A stretch of DNA of 58,514 nucleotides, the filler included, from Basidioascus undulatus (Eukaryota): assembly GCA_000826855.1 (NCBI GenBank). It is 5 parts of 5 records of this genome, joined end to end, with 100 filler letters (N's around TTAATTAATTAA, not from the genome) between each part and the next. Parts side by side here need not be neighbours in the genome. Positions count along the whole stretch, not along the records: positions 43,357 to 50,886 come from JTLS01001535.1; positions 50,987 to 58,514 come from JTLS01001536.1; 3 more parts are not named here. The stretch is one strand, 5' to 3'. The notes under the pieces are model-generated. The model had not been told where the DNA came from and ran no database searches. It saw nothing but the letters and a program-made list of their open reading frames with translations. Made by a program: the position numbers and the translations under genes. Shown here one piece after another: positions 47,708-58,514 of the stretch. Positions within the stretch are counted from its first letter, which is position 1, and every line of letters begins with the position of its first letter.

Positions 47708-50700
47708 GCTCTTGCAAGCTTTACTTGTCCGAAGAGGTTTTTAACAAAGCACCTCCAGAAAAAGTTGGAGAAGAAATGGGACAAGTTCGCTGTTCCCCCG
47801 ACCTGAAGGAGTGAGCAGTCAGGGTTTGCTGTCGGTCCCACCGTCTTCACTGCGCCTTCTTCTCACTTCCAGGATGTCACATGCTGTCAGGGTAATGGGA
47901 GTTCTCGGACCTTCCTTCTTCTTTTAAAAACAGCGAGCCAAACAGATGCTGCCCAGTATGAATTCGCCAGGGAGGCAGCGCAAAGCTTGGATTGGCTCAT
48001 GACGCTCATCGACGATTGGAGATATGGGGTGAACAAGTGTAAAGAAGTCATCTTCAAGTGCGGAAAGCAGGAGGCCGAAATGCTATCCAGACTGCTCCGT
48101 TGCTGGCTCAGCAGCGGCGTCCGTTCTGAAAGCCGCCAGCTGCAGCGCAAGTGCGATGAACCCGGCCGTGCCCCCTGAACCAAGGCAGGCACCCATTACC
48201 AAGGCCCAAGGGAAGGATTCGACTGGAGAGAGACCCGGAGGTGATGTAGGGGGATACTCGTCCTTTGAGCGAGCGTGACGATGACCCTGAGAGGCCGCGG
48301 CTTTCGCTCTGTCGGAGGCAAGACACCCTGGGCGAAGGTAGAGTTACGCTTCCCCACCTTGGAACAAGGAGGGTGCTGGGGGTAATTAGGTCTACTGTCA
48401 CGATCAACCGCACATAAATCTCATCTCAATACCGATAGGGTCTCCGAAAGGCTCGCTGATCGAAGCACTGGCGTGGGACCCACCTGGCTTGCAGGAGCAC
48501 CTGACCCTTCAAGGACGGATGTCGACTCCAGCTTGCCGCTACCTACTACTGGCCTCACTAACAACCTGAAATCAATCCATATTCTGGGCTTCTTCGCTCA
48601 ATAGGCTCCCCACTGTCAGCCTGGCAGTGATCCGCATCCACGCTTCCTGCGGCAGGGGCTTGGGTTGCGGTCCGCGGTGCAACACCCCAGTGATAACTCT
48701 CCCGGAACACATTCATAGACAGCATGCTGGTGTCCATACATAGGAAAACAAAAACAAACAAATTGTGAGCAGATGGATATGTCACCTTAAGAGGCCCGCG
48801 AACATTGCAGGGCACCAGATGGCACATGGCAGATGGACCTGAGCTTACCTGACATATGGCAGTGCGGTTCTACGCTGTCTTAATACTGTTAGAGGAGGCT
48901 TAAGCTGTCTTTCTATGAGGATTTTTACGAATTTGCTATTGCTTGTGGGAACAACCCGCCGTCCAACTCCTCTGGCACCTCTGCAACGCAAGCCTCCGAC
49001 CTGACACTGCCGTCCATTTGTTCATGTAAATGCTCTTTGTGGTCAGAGTGCCTCTCCATAATCGGCCTTATAATCCAATAACCTCGCAGTTCTGGCTGCT
49101 TTGAGTAACCCAGAGGTGCGGTGACATGGGGTTAAGACAGCATGCTGTATTCGTCGGCCGTAGCTTACCGCTTGATGGTAAGAAGGTACCCAATCTTTCT
49201 TCTCTAGGAGTATAGATACTCAAAGGTGCACATTGACGGTATGGTCGTGTGTCACCCACAGAGACTGGATTGGGGTGTCAGTGTGATTGTTGTACAACGC
49301 CTCCGTGCTCGCGACTGTGCTCCATGCTGACCTGACACTTACAATTCATTATTGCTACTTACTTCAATTTCTGCAGGCTCCTATCGGTTTATGGAGCTAG
49401 TTACAAGAAGCAGTCCAAACTTCTGCTCTTGTACATGCGTTCACCAAGCTCGGGAACCGCGGCTTGTCCGCGGCTAACTCGATGGTAAACCAGGATATTC
49501 ATGTTGATTACAAAGTGAAACAGTCGTGCCCCAGCAGACGGAAATCCCAAACGGCAGCTGCGGCGTCGTTTCGGACTGCACTTTTTCTCGCAAGACTCCG
49601 ACGCCGTTGCACCTTTCCAAAGCTACTCTCCAAAATAGTCCAAGGGCGAGCATGGCGCGGGTCATAACAAGGCATCTAATCAGAGTGTAGCTTTCCAATG
49701 CAAAAGCCTGCGAAGAGTCAAGGCAGCATCGTCAGGCAGCCAATGTGGATTATATCGCATTGAATCTCTCGAGTCCCCCTCCCCCCGAGGGCAGCAAAGG
49801 CCAAGTCTTCTCTGTAGGTCTCATCTCATATCTCAATCATTCCACTCTCGCTAGCGGTCGCTTCTGATGCAGAGCACGTGCACCCACGAACCTGACGACT
49901 GGTGCAGAACGTAGGGGCAGCGACGGTGGGCCGCCCTTGTTGGGCTGTTCGCGATTACTCTTTCTTGCGAGATGTCACCTATTCCAGGATAAACGATTCG
50001 TATGAAAGTGATGTTCCGGCAACAAGCGACGGACGTAGTATAGCAGCTGCGATGTCGATTCTCGTGCACAGCGACCAACCGCACACCCGTCTTCCGAGTG
50101 TGCCGTTGTCATTCTGGCCATTGCCCACCACTCATTACAACCCCAGACCGTTTCCCCCTCAATCACTTTCCTGTGCAAACCATGCATCAGCGAATCAGCA
50201 AAGTTGAACAGTTCTGGCGGGCGCCGTGAATGTGCGGGTGCGCGACAATGCGCGAACTCTTCCTCCGCATCGAGGCCTTTGTCGATCGAGCCGGACAGGC
50301 ACACGCAAACTTAAGTAGCAGCAGCCGCAAAGCGCGTGCGATGATATAGGATAGCGATAAAGCGAACACGATGGCGAGCAGAGCAAAGAGTACAACAAGA
50401 AGTGGGGCGTGCGTATGGGGGTCGTCAAGTCAGAGCATCAGCGGCAGCAGAGTGGGGGAGGGAGTTGCGAACGTGGAGATGTGTGTGGGGCGGGGCGGGG
50501 CGAGCGCGGAGGAGGGAGGAGGGAGAGGAATAGAGGAATAGAGGAGCATGGCTGGCAAGGAGGTAGGGTAGGGGTATACTGCGATTGTGGTTTGTACGTG
50601 TGTGTGGATGTGTGTGATGCAAATTTTAGGGGGCGACAAGCAAACGGGACCGATGGGGCAGGGCGGGGAGGGGCGAGGAGTGCGTGGACAGGGTGAGGGA

Positions 50701-50886
50701 GGGACTCGAGCGTGCGGAGGATCCTGTTGAGGGAGGTAGTCAGTTCATTACGCACGTCCAGATGCAAGGGCGCGCACGTAACAAAGTCCACCTCACGACC
50801 CGCCACTTCGGACGTTGCTCTCCCTGACCTGGTGTTAATTTCTTGATGTGCAAATGCGAGGATGAGAACGAAGAGAAAGAGGTGGT

Positions 50887-50986
50887 NNNNNNNNNNNNNN
50901 NNNNNNNNNNNNNNNNNNNNNNNNNNNNNNTTAATTAATTAANNNNNNNNNNNNNNNNNNNNNNNNNNNNNNNNNNNNNNNNNNNN
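50887..50986. other. Artificial contig-join spacer
   Basis: 44 N + TTAATTAATTAA + 44 N. Confidence 0.99.
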
Positions 50987-51204
50987 CCCTGGGATATCCA
51001 CATGTCTGTTCGTCGCCCCTTCCTCCTTCTCTCTTTCTCTCTCCTCTGTCTTTCTCTCTATCTCTCTCTCTCTCTCTCTCGCTCTACTCCCTCCTTTGGG
51101 AACTTGGAAGCTGACTGAGATGTTGGGGACGGACACCCAGGGGCGCGCCGAAGGTCGAGTCTACCAAGAAGCCGAAGACGGAGGGCGAGGTGAAGGCGGA
51201 GTAG
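50987..51204 (+). CDS. Probable 3' end of a gene truncated by the spacer
   Basis: Intron 51004-51140 (GT...CTGAC...CAG) joins PWDIHM to GAPKVESTKKPKTEGEVKAE*. The frame was chosen on codon bias only. Confidence 0.4.
51027..51080 (+). repeat. (CT)n microsatellite, intronic
   Basis: Imperfect CT tract with a perfect (TC)10 at 51061-51080. Confidence 0.9.
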
Positions 51205-51555
51205 GCGGGCAGGCTGGGGGACTGGTTGTTTGTTTCGTCGCGCTTGTATTGTTTTTACGTGATCTTTTGAGCAATGGTTTAATTGCCCGTTGAACTTAAG
51301 AGTATGAGTGTGTGGCAAGGCTCGTTGGTCACGAACGAGTGTCGGCATAGTCTACCGCTGCGTCTCGCCGTCTCGCCGTTCACGAGGCCTATGAACAACG
51401 GCTTGGAAGCACAAAAAATGAAAACAATTCGTTATCAGACTCTTTGCCTACAAGTTTTTCGGGATTATGACGCCATTTCGCTGAGCGTCTTCCTTCCAGC
51501 GTCCGACTCCGTCTTCCCTCTTGCTTCTTGACCGCAACCATCCCCGCTGCACCTC

Positions 51556-52526
51556 ATGAGCAAGCCAGAGAGCTCATCCCGCTATGCCTCCCCACGGTAC
51601 CCCAGCAAAATCGCCTTCCACGTCCTCTCCCTCGCGTCCCCAAAGCCAGGCGAAGCGGTCCTCGACCTCTGCACCGGCATCGGAACCTCGCTCCTCCCCT
51701 CCGCGCTCGCCGTCGGGCCCGCCGGGCGCGGCCTGGGAATAGACTTTGATGAGGACTCGCTCGCTGAGGCGCGGCGCGCTATAGAGCGCGAGGCTGTCGG
51801 CGCTTGGACGGACGTGCGGAGGTCGGACGTTGATGAGATGCGCTGGGAGGAGGAGGAGGGGAGGTGGGATGCCGTGACGGTCGTCAGTGGGATTATGTAT
51901 GTCGATGAGGAGAGGTGAGTTCCGGGGCTTTACCAAACCTTCTTGTATTGTAGGCTGACGCAAGTCTTCGTTGCACAGGCTGTTACAAGGCGTTCATCGC
52001 GCTCTGCGACCTGGCGGTCGCGTAGCTTTCAGTTCCTTGACCGCTGATTCCCTCGGTAGGCCAGCCATCGATCGATCAACTACGTTTCCTCCTGCTCAGA
52101 TGCACTGGACTTGTCTCCATCGCAGCCTTCGACCATCTCACAGCGCTCGCCAAATCCGTCAACGTTGACCTGCCCACGCCCGCGTCGACCCTCAATTCGC
52201 CCAGCAGCATCACCTCCACGCTCGTCCGCGCGGGATTCTCCCCTTCCAACATCAAGATCGAGACCGTCCCCACGCCGTCGTTGTACACGGCCGCCGAGTG
52301 GCGCTCCAGCAGCTGCGGCGGCGGTACCGGCAGCGGGCGGCGACGGATACTGATTGAGGACGTGTTGAGAAGGGTTGGGAAGCTGGGAGGGAAGGAGGCG
52401 GAGAGGTTTGTTAGGGAGGGGTGGAAAGACTGGGAGGAGAGTAAGGCGAGGGAGGCGGAGGGACGGGGGGATGGGAGGAGTAGGGATCCGACGGCGCATC
52501 TGTATACGCTCGCATGGAAGGATTGA
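51556..52526 (+). CDS. Class I SAM-dependent methyltransferase (UbiE/Methyltransf_11/25-like), 3 exons
   Basis: Motif I PGEAVLDLCTGIG, VGPAGRGLGID, WDAVT, and HRALRPGGRVAFS. The last exon is open through ...AHLYTLAWKD* using the acceptor at 52125. Confidence 0.85.
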
Positions 52527-53499
52527 GGTAGCAAGCTGTGGCCTGCTGTAGACCACTGCACAACGCTTGTTTGAATCGGTGCACGCACGCAAGCCTGGGT
52601 TTTGAGTGACCTTTAACACCTCGAGTGCAGCTTCGCATCGAGCTCTCTCGTTGGGGCTTCGTAGCCTGCTGCTCTCCGACCTGCAAGAATGTGAAGAGTA
52701 CCCACGTCTCTTAATCCCCACTGCTTAAATAAGCTATCATCCTAAGAAATGGGGGAAACCGCCTACACTCCAGTCCGACTTTCAGGAACGCAACAACCCC
52801 ACTTGCTTGAGTTCATGCGCAAACGCGGGCCGCTCCTTATCGAGCGATTGAGGAATTTCAGGCCACCCCGCGGGACACAGCTCTGCCTCTTCCCTTCATA
52901 ACCTCCTTCACCGCCCGCTTTTTCCTCTTCAGCTAAGACTTTTTACTTTCGCTCGACCGCGACGGTCACCTTTCGAAGTTCACCCAGTCGCTTCTACTCT
53001 ACATCCGCGCTCGGCCGCATCCACCGCACTCGTTTCTCGTGAGTATTCACCCGCTCGCTGTGCACAGGCTTCAAGTCGTCGTGCTCACCGTCCTGTATGG
53101 CATCCACGCAGGTCCATCAGCCAGTACTGCAGGTCCCGACGAGACCTTCACACCCTTCTTTCCACGCAATCCCCTCCAACGACATCCCCACGATGCACGC
53201 CGCAACGACCCTCACGCTCCTCACCCTCCTTTGCTTCTCGCCCGAGCCCAGCAGCCCGCCATCAACGACATGGGCCCCCTCCAGTTCCTGGATGGCAAGC
53301 CCGTCCCCACCGAGAAGCAGGTCGCCGTCGGCGGTCACGCCCCCTCAGCGGCTCCCGCTTCGTGCGTCTCGTCCACCCCGAGCCTCTCCGTCGCCGCGAC
53401 GGACGTCTTGCAGAGCGGCATCGAGCGGTCTGCTTCTCCACCCATCGGCGCCGCGGCGATGCCCCCTCGAGGCGAGGGAACGAGTGCGTGAGAGTGTTG

Positions 53500-54122
53500 C
53501 AGAGCAGAGAAGTTGGCGCGCAGCGAGGGGGAAGCAGAACGTCTCCATCGATTTTGGTAGCGGACAGAGGAGGTGGAGAGAGCGGAGAGAATTGCTGACG
53601 AGGTTACATGAGCTCCTCCTTGTAGAGATACAGGACTGCTGCGGCGGCCGCCAACTCGGGATGAGAAGACAGCGTTGCACTCAAGTCCGACTTGAGGACT
53701 GGTCGTCTGTAGAGCGCGGGAGTAGAGATCTGGGGGGGAGGTCATAGGGCAGTGTGTGCCTGATGAGTTATCGGAGCACCATCGGCGAAGACCCCTGGCA
53801 AAAGGTCAACCCTCACCTGATTGAGCGTACGCGATGCCCGGGCCACTTGAGCTAGCGTGACGAGATGCGCAGCGTGCCCTTGGGGATTATCCGGGAAGCA
53901 GGAGGGGAGGTGGTCGTGTAGTATGAGGATGAGAATATCGTCCGAAAGTCGTACGCTGTGCCGAGGAAGGCGTACGCAACATCTCCGCAGCATCTTGAAG
54001 AAGCCGGTCTTGTAGAGCAAGGACAGCAAGAAAAGCAACACTCTCCCAACGGCAGGAACGAGGATGGCCACCACCAGCCAGGGATTGACCGGGTTGGTGT
54101 TGTCTGAAAAGTCCGTAGGCAT
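53500..54122 (-). pseudogene. Possible decayed F-box-like gene with N-terminal TM segment
   Basis: TM segment (WLVVAILVPAV..VLLFLLSLL), then RLSDDILILIL...TLAQVARASRTLNQ...AL*. In another frame, LSATLSSHPELAAAAAVLYL resembles the L..TL..NP.LA..V..L motif that follows fungal F-boxes. Stops and frameshifts follow; the 3' limit is approximate. Confidence 0.4.
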
Positions 54123-54524
54123 CGCGCTCGACAGAGGTCCTGGTGCAGATGTGCTGTTGCCCGGGCGGGTCGCTCAGAGGACAGCGAGCATCTTGTTCAG
54201 GAGCTAGAACTTCAGAATTCTTTACTTTTCAGCTATGTGCAAGAAGGTTGGCTGAGAAGCGAACGCGGAAGTGGCGGTCCTGAGCACAACAACTGTGCAT
54301 GCAACCTGCGCCATCTCCAAGTCTACATTGCGCCATTTATTTCTATAATTCCTTCATCTCTTTCCATTTTCTGAGTCATGAGCCGCCTAAACGACATCTG
54401 TGATTTGCGTTGGCAGATTTCCTCTGACTGCTTATCGCCACGACGATTGGCCATGGCCGCTGAAGGCCTGACGGCGCCGATCACAGCTGTTTAGGTTCGC
54501 ACGGATACCAGAGCTTAGAGTTGA

Positions 54525-54532
54525 TATAAAAA
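54525..54532 (+). promoter_or_regulatory. Candidate TATA box of the F-box-like gene
   Basis: TATAAAAA about 185 nt upstream of the ATG at 54711. Confidence 0.4.
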
Positions 54533-54710
54533 GACCTACAATGATATCTGGGTACTGAGGGGAAAAATTACAGTTCGAAGAGTCCGCGAGTCAGCGGCCA
54601 GAACAACGTGTTCGGCTCTCTTGCCTTCTCCCATCAGCTCCACCATCCGATCCAGACCCATCCAACGCGGCGTTCGAGCTCGCCAGTCAAACACAAGCCC
54701 TATATCCACC

Positions 54711-55556
54711 ATGCTGATTCTGCTCGAACTTCCCACCGAGATCATCTCCGAAATCCTCCAGTTCGCGTACACGCCTGAGCTCGGGCCTCTCGGTGCAGTC
54801 GTCTCGAGGCACGCCGAGCCTGACAGTCCCTGGCCGCCCACGCTCGGTCGAGTTGCTGCACTGCTCATCTGCAAAGACTTGAAGAGTATCTCAGAAAGAA
54901 TCCTCTTCTGCTCGATCCGCGTCCAGTTCGCCGAGCAGCAGGCGTCGTTCCTGGACCGCGCGGCCATCCCAGACCACCGCTTCGCGTTCTGCAGCTCTCT
55001 TGTGATCTGCAATGGGGAGTTGACAAACGACATCCTTTCTAGAATGTTGTTACGCTGTTCGAGACTGCGAAGGGTGGAGCTCCAGCTTACGCCTCACGAA
55101 GCCAGCACCTCGGTCCTCGCTGCACTCGAAGAGGCGCTCAAAGCGCTAAGGCCCACCGAGGTTGCTTTCGCGCTCTACGCACAGGACTGGTTCTCACAAC
55201 GGGCGACGACTGCGCTCACCACCATATTGAGTGAGGCTCTTGTGCATATCTCACAACACACTCTCTTGGACACTCTGGCGCTCTCGTGTCCATGCGTGCC
55301 GGACGACTTTTGCGCTTTCAGCCTTTCGGACGTCCGCGTTCGCACCGTGCGCCTGTACAACTCCCCGATTGAGATTCTACCCGGACTTTCTCCGACTACC
55401 GCTCAAGGAGGGATGTACGACTCACTACTCCAGAACCCGCATCTCCGTACGCTCGAGATCGTCAGTCGCATCGACGACCCTCCCTTCCTCGCCAACATGG
55501 ACAGTGCGGCATGGGCGGCGCTGCAGCCTCGAGTACAGATAGTCGAGTTTCAGTGA
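54711..55556 (+). CDS. Intronless F-box-like/LRR-like protein (281 aa)
   Basis: ATG in CCACCATG context, LLELPTEIISEIL (F-box start), LLICKDLKSISERILFCSI, LRR-like CSRLRRVEL, LDTLAL, NPHLRTLEI. Confidence 0.75.
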   Translation: MLILLELPTEIISEILQFAYTPELGPLGAVVSRHAEPDSPWPPTLGRVAALLICKDLKSISERILFCSIRVQFAEQQASFLDRAAIPDHRFAFCSSLVICNGELTNDILSRMLLRCSRLRRVELQLTPHEASTSVLAALEEALKALRPTEVAFALYAQDWFSQRATTALTTILSEALVHISQHTLLDTLALSCPCVPDDFCAFSLSDVRVRTVRLYNSPIEILPGLSPTTAQGGMYDSLLQNPHLRTLEIVSRIDDPPFLANMDSAAWAALQPRVQIVEFQ

Positions 55557-55741
55557 GAGGGCGAAAGGATGTTGCTGCAGGCGAACAGGACGGAAGCGCA
55601 GTAAGGGACGTGATAGTTGAAGTCGATATGTTTAGGGTCGTGAACACATGTTAAAGGAAGGGTTATAGGAAGGGCAATGCATTATCAAGTTCGTGCGCGT
55701 GCAAGCATCACTGGCCTGTTCCATTGTGTCCGTCTCGTTCT

Positions 55742-58514
55742 CTAAAGGGCGTACGCAGCCCGCCCGTTTCTGCCCGTCTTCCGTCTATTCCCCGCAAAGC
55801 CAGATTCAGCTGCCCACGCTCTCCCTTCTCCCTCGGTCACCGCCATAGGCAACTCACTTGAAGCTGTGTACGACCAGCACTGAGCCGAACAGCCCCACGG
55901 TGATGCCGATGGCGACTTGAGTCTGCCCCCCGCCCATGCCAATCAGCCATGGTGGTTATGTGATGTTCAGGCAGGCAGGGAAGGACGGCCGAGCACGCAC
56001 CATCTTGAACGCGATAGCCAGACCGGAGCTATACGTGTCCCCGTCGACACCCTTCATGGTCATAACGAGCCCACCAGCCAGCGCGAATCCGGAGGGTACG
56101 AGGCTGGCGGGGCGGTTGGGATAATTCAGAGAGCGAGTGGGGATCGAGGAGAACAGTGAGGAGTACAAGTTGACACCGGTGATCATGATCGCGAAGGCGG
56201 AGGTGGAGTACACGCGGGCTGTAAAAGCGCAAATTAAGCCTCCGCACACAAGGAAGAAGACATGCAAAGCCCGATCGCACCGTAAAGGTTCCCCAACATC
56301 CTGTGTCCCCGGACTGTTTTCATCAGCTTCCATCTCATCCCACCCGATCGCATTCCCCTAAGCAAGACACACCCGATGAAGAACGCCCCCACGGCGCTGA
56401 CGATGTCCGGCCTGTCCGCGATCCAGTTTTTGGCGAGCTTGTTGGCGATCCACCCGGCCGTGGCGATCGCGACGATGACGGGCGTGCGCCGGCTCCTGAT
56501 CGGCTGGTTGCTCTTGATTGCGCTGAGGAGGCAGTAGACGGGGATGAAGAGGAAGAGGTACACCTCCGAGGTGATCGTCTGGCGCCACCACGGCCAGGCA
56601 GGGTCGCTGTCACCCGGGCATGCTGTGTCAGTGCCGCGCGGGGAGCAAGAACGCAGATTGGGAAGGAGAAAAACGAAAGGGAAGAGGGGAAAACACACCG
56701 CTCGCATGTCAGGGGGTAGTCCGACATGAGCCCATGCTCGTCCGTGCGCCGCCGCTGGTACGTGATCTGCGCGTGCGTCGCAAACGGCAGCGAGGCGTTG
56801 TAAGGCGCGAAGTAGCCCGAGAGCATGTGCGTCGGGGTTGTTTGCTCTTGGACGTGCGCCTGTGCGGCGACGAGGCGCACGTGCGATGCCGGGTCGAGGA
56901 AAAACCACGTGTCCGAGCCGATAGTCATCGCGAAGCCGAGGAAAAGCTGTGGGTGGGGAGGGGAGGTTAGAAGGGGAGGGAGGGACGAGAGGAAGACAAG
57001 GGAAACGAACGGAATAGCAGATTGCGTAGATCATTCGCACCGAACCGGAGACGATGTTCTTCGATGCAAGTTCGAGAGCGCCGACCACTGTGGCGTGCGC
57101 GTGTCATCAGCTGAGGTTGATGTGAGATACGGATATGCACAGAATGCGACGTACTGATGGCGTAGCCCGGCAAGACGTGCGACACCCCCGAGGAGACGAC
57201 AGTCTCGTAGCAGAAGTCTGTTGGTAGAAAATTGAGCTCAATGGCGGTAGAGATGAGGGCTCGATACTGACAGGAAGTCGAGGAGAGTCCGCGCGCGAAG
57301 AAGGACACGAAGCTCGCGATGCTGATCCTGTGATGCAAGTAGGAGAGTCAGTCCGCTGTAGGTACACTACTGCACCGGTAAGACGCACTCGAAAATGTTC
57401 GCGTAAATCTCGTTGTGAGCTGCAACGCGCAGCTGCAGGAAGGTGAAGAGTGCGCCAAGGGGCGCCGCGACGCAGGCGTCGAGGATGGAGCCCTCTGCAG
57501 TGATGTTCCTCCCGTCAGTCGAAACACATGGGCAAGATACGAGACGAACGCGAATGCAACGCACTGTACGACGACACGGCGAGCATGAACGACGTGAAGC
57601 TGACGAGGCCGACGCGCGTCCAGAACCCGAGCGCCCCCGGCTCAGCAATGAGCGCGCGGAGCTCCTCGGCGCCTTGCGCGACGGACACTTGGGCGTGTAC
57701 GACCTTTCGGTAGAGCGTGTGGAGTCCTGGGCGGCGTGAACACACATTCCGCAAGTCAGCAAAAAGCGGCGGAGGAAGGGGGTATGGGAAGGACAGCAGC
57801 TAGCCGACGCACGATGCATCTTCCCCAGATCGGTCCCCCCTGCGCCCTTGACGAAGCACACCTCGCCCGCCGCGCTGGGCGACTCGCCGAACGCGCAGAC
57901 TACGACACCGGGGAGCTGGATGAAGTCTGCTGTGAGGCCCAGCACGCGCGTGGCTGCGGTGAGCTGCGGCTCGATCCGGTGCGAGGGCGCCCCCGTGAGG
58001 AGCATGGCGCGCGCGAATTGGAGGATAAAGTGCCGGCGGGCGACGAGTTCTGTGGAGGTTGGAAGAGCGGAGTTAGAGGGGTAGGGACGGGGAGGTAGGG
58101 GGAGAGGCGACGCACCGTCGATGTCGGACGCGATGGGCGAGACGCGCTTCTTCTCGGCGGACGTGCCAGCGTCATCCTCATTCTCCTTCTTCTTTTTATT
58201 TTTTCCCTCTTCGCCCTTCCCCTGCCAGCTCAGCGGCCGCACGCCCGTCACGCGCGGGTCGTCCGCGTCCAGCGGCGCGTCGTCCTCCTCGTCGGGTGAC
58301 TCCTGCCGCCGGGGCTTGAGGCCGAGGAGGGAGGAGAAGGTGCCTCTCAGGGATCCGGAGGAGGTGTCGCGTGAGCGACGGAGGATGGGGCGCGGGAAGG
58401 GCGCGGAGGGCGTGGAGGGCGAGTAGGTGTGCTGTGGGAGGAGGGGGAGGCGCGGGGAAGGACCCGAGCTTGAAGGACGCGTTGCCCGCTTCTTTATGCG
58501 TTGCGCAGGAGGCG
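55742..58514 (-). CDS. PRM10: Pheromone-regulated membrane protein 10 / ThrE (DUF1212) putative exporter; 5' end lies beyond the window
   Basis: RRHFILQFARAMLLTGAPSHRIE..L....RVLG....F..LPG, DLGK, YANIFE, LPGY, GALELASKNIVSGSVRMIYAICYS.FLGF..TIG, DIVSAVGAF.IG, LGNLY, LVPSG, AIGITVGLF. Spliced stop at 55742-55744. Confidence 0.9.

Noticed and set aside
49975..50440. Minus-strand TM-like segment PLLVVLFALLAIVFALSLSYII
   Set aside because: It is preceded by an in-frame stop and followed by a frame change, which is too little to call a gene or pseudogene.

Overview
This is eukaryotic DNA from a GC-rich, intron-dense fungus, most likely a basidiomycete (GT-AG introns of about 50-100 nt, CTRAC branch points, many micro-exons). 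It is not one locus. Four identical 100-nt spacers (44 N + TTAATTAATTAA + 44 N) join five pieces of 27978, 7542, 7536, 7530 and 7528 nt, and the descending sizes suggest unrelated contigs concatenated by length. Piece 1 holds conserved genes (NOT3/5, Rho-GDI, FES1, MOB1, an M28B glutamate carboxypeptidase II-like gene, CLASP/STU1). It also has a decayed Ty3/gypsy chromovirus fragment at its left edge and an accessory stretch (about 7.4-13.3 kb) with a decayed LINE and a frameshifted signal-peptide-peptidase paralog lacking its catalytic motifs. The later pieces carry a loosenin/expansin-like secreted protein, dolichol kinase, truncated RIB7, a DDT/WHIM-like chromatin protein, a CFEM-like surface protein, a truncated SH3-like gene, a gypsy integrase relic, three F-box-like loci (one intact, two decayed), a class I methyltransferase and a truncated PRM10/ThrE transporter. 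I found no RNA genes, no CRISPR arrays and no clearly novel multi-gene system. The most interesting item is the pseudo-protease SPP paralog. All family calls come from recalled motifs and manual splicing, not database searches. Gene coordinates are start-to-stop spans including introns.
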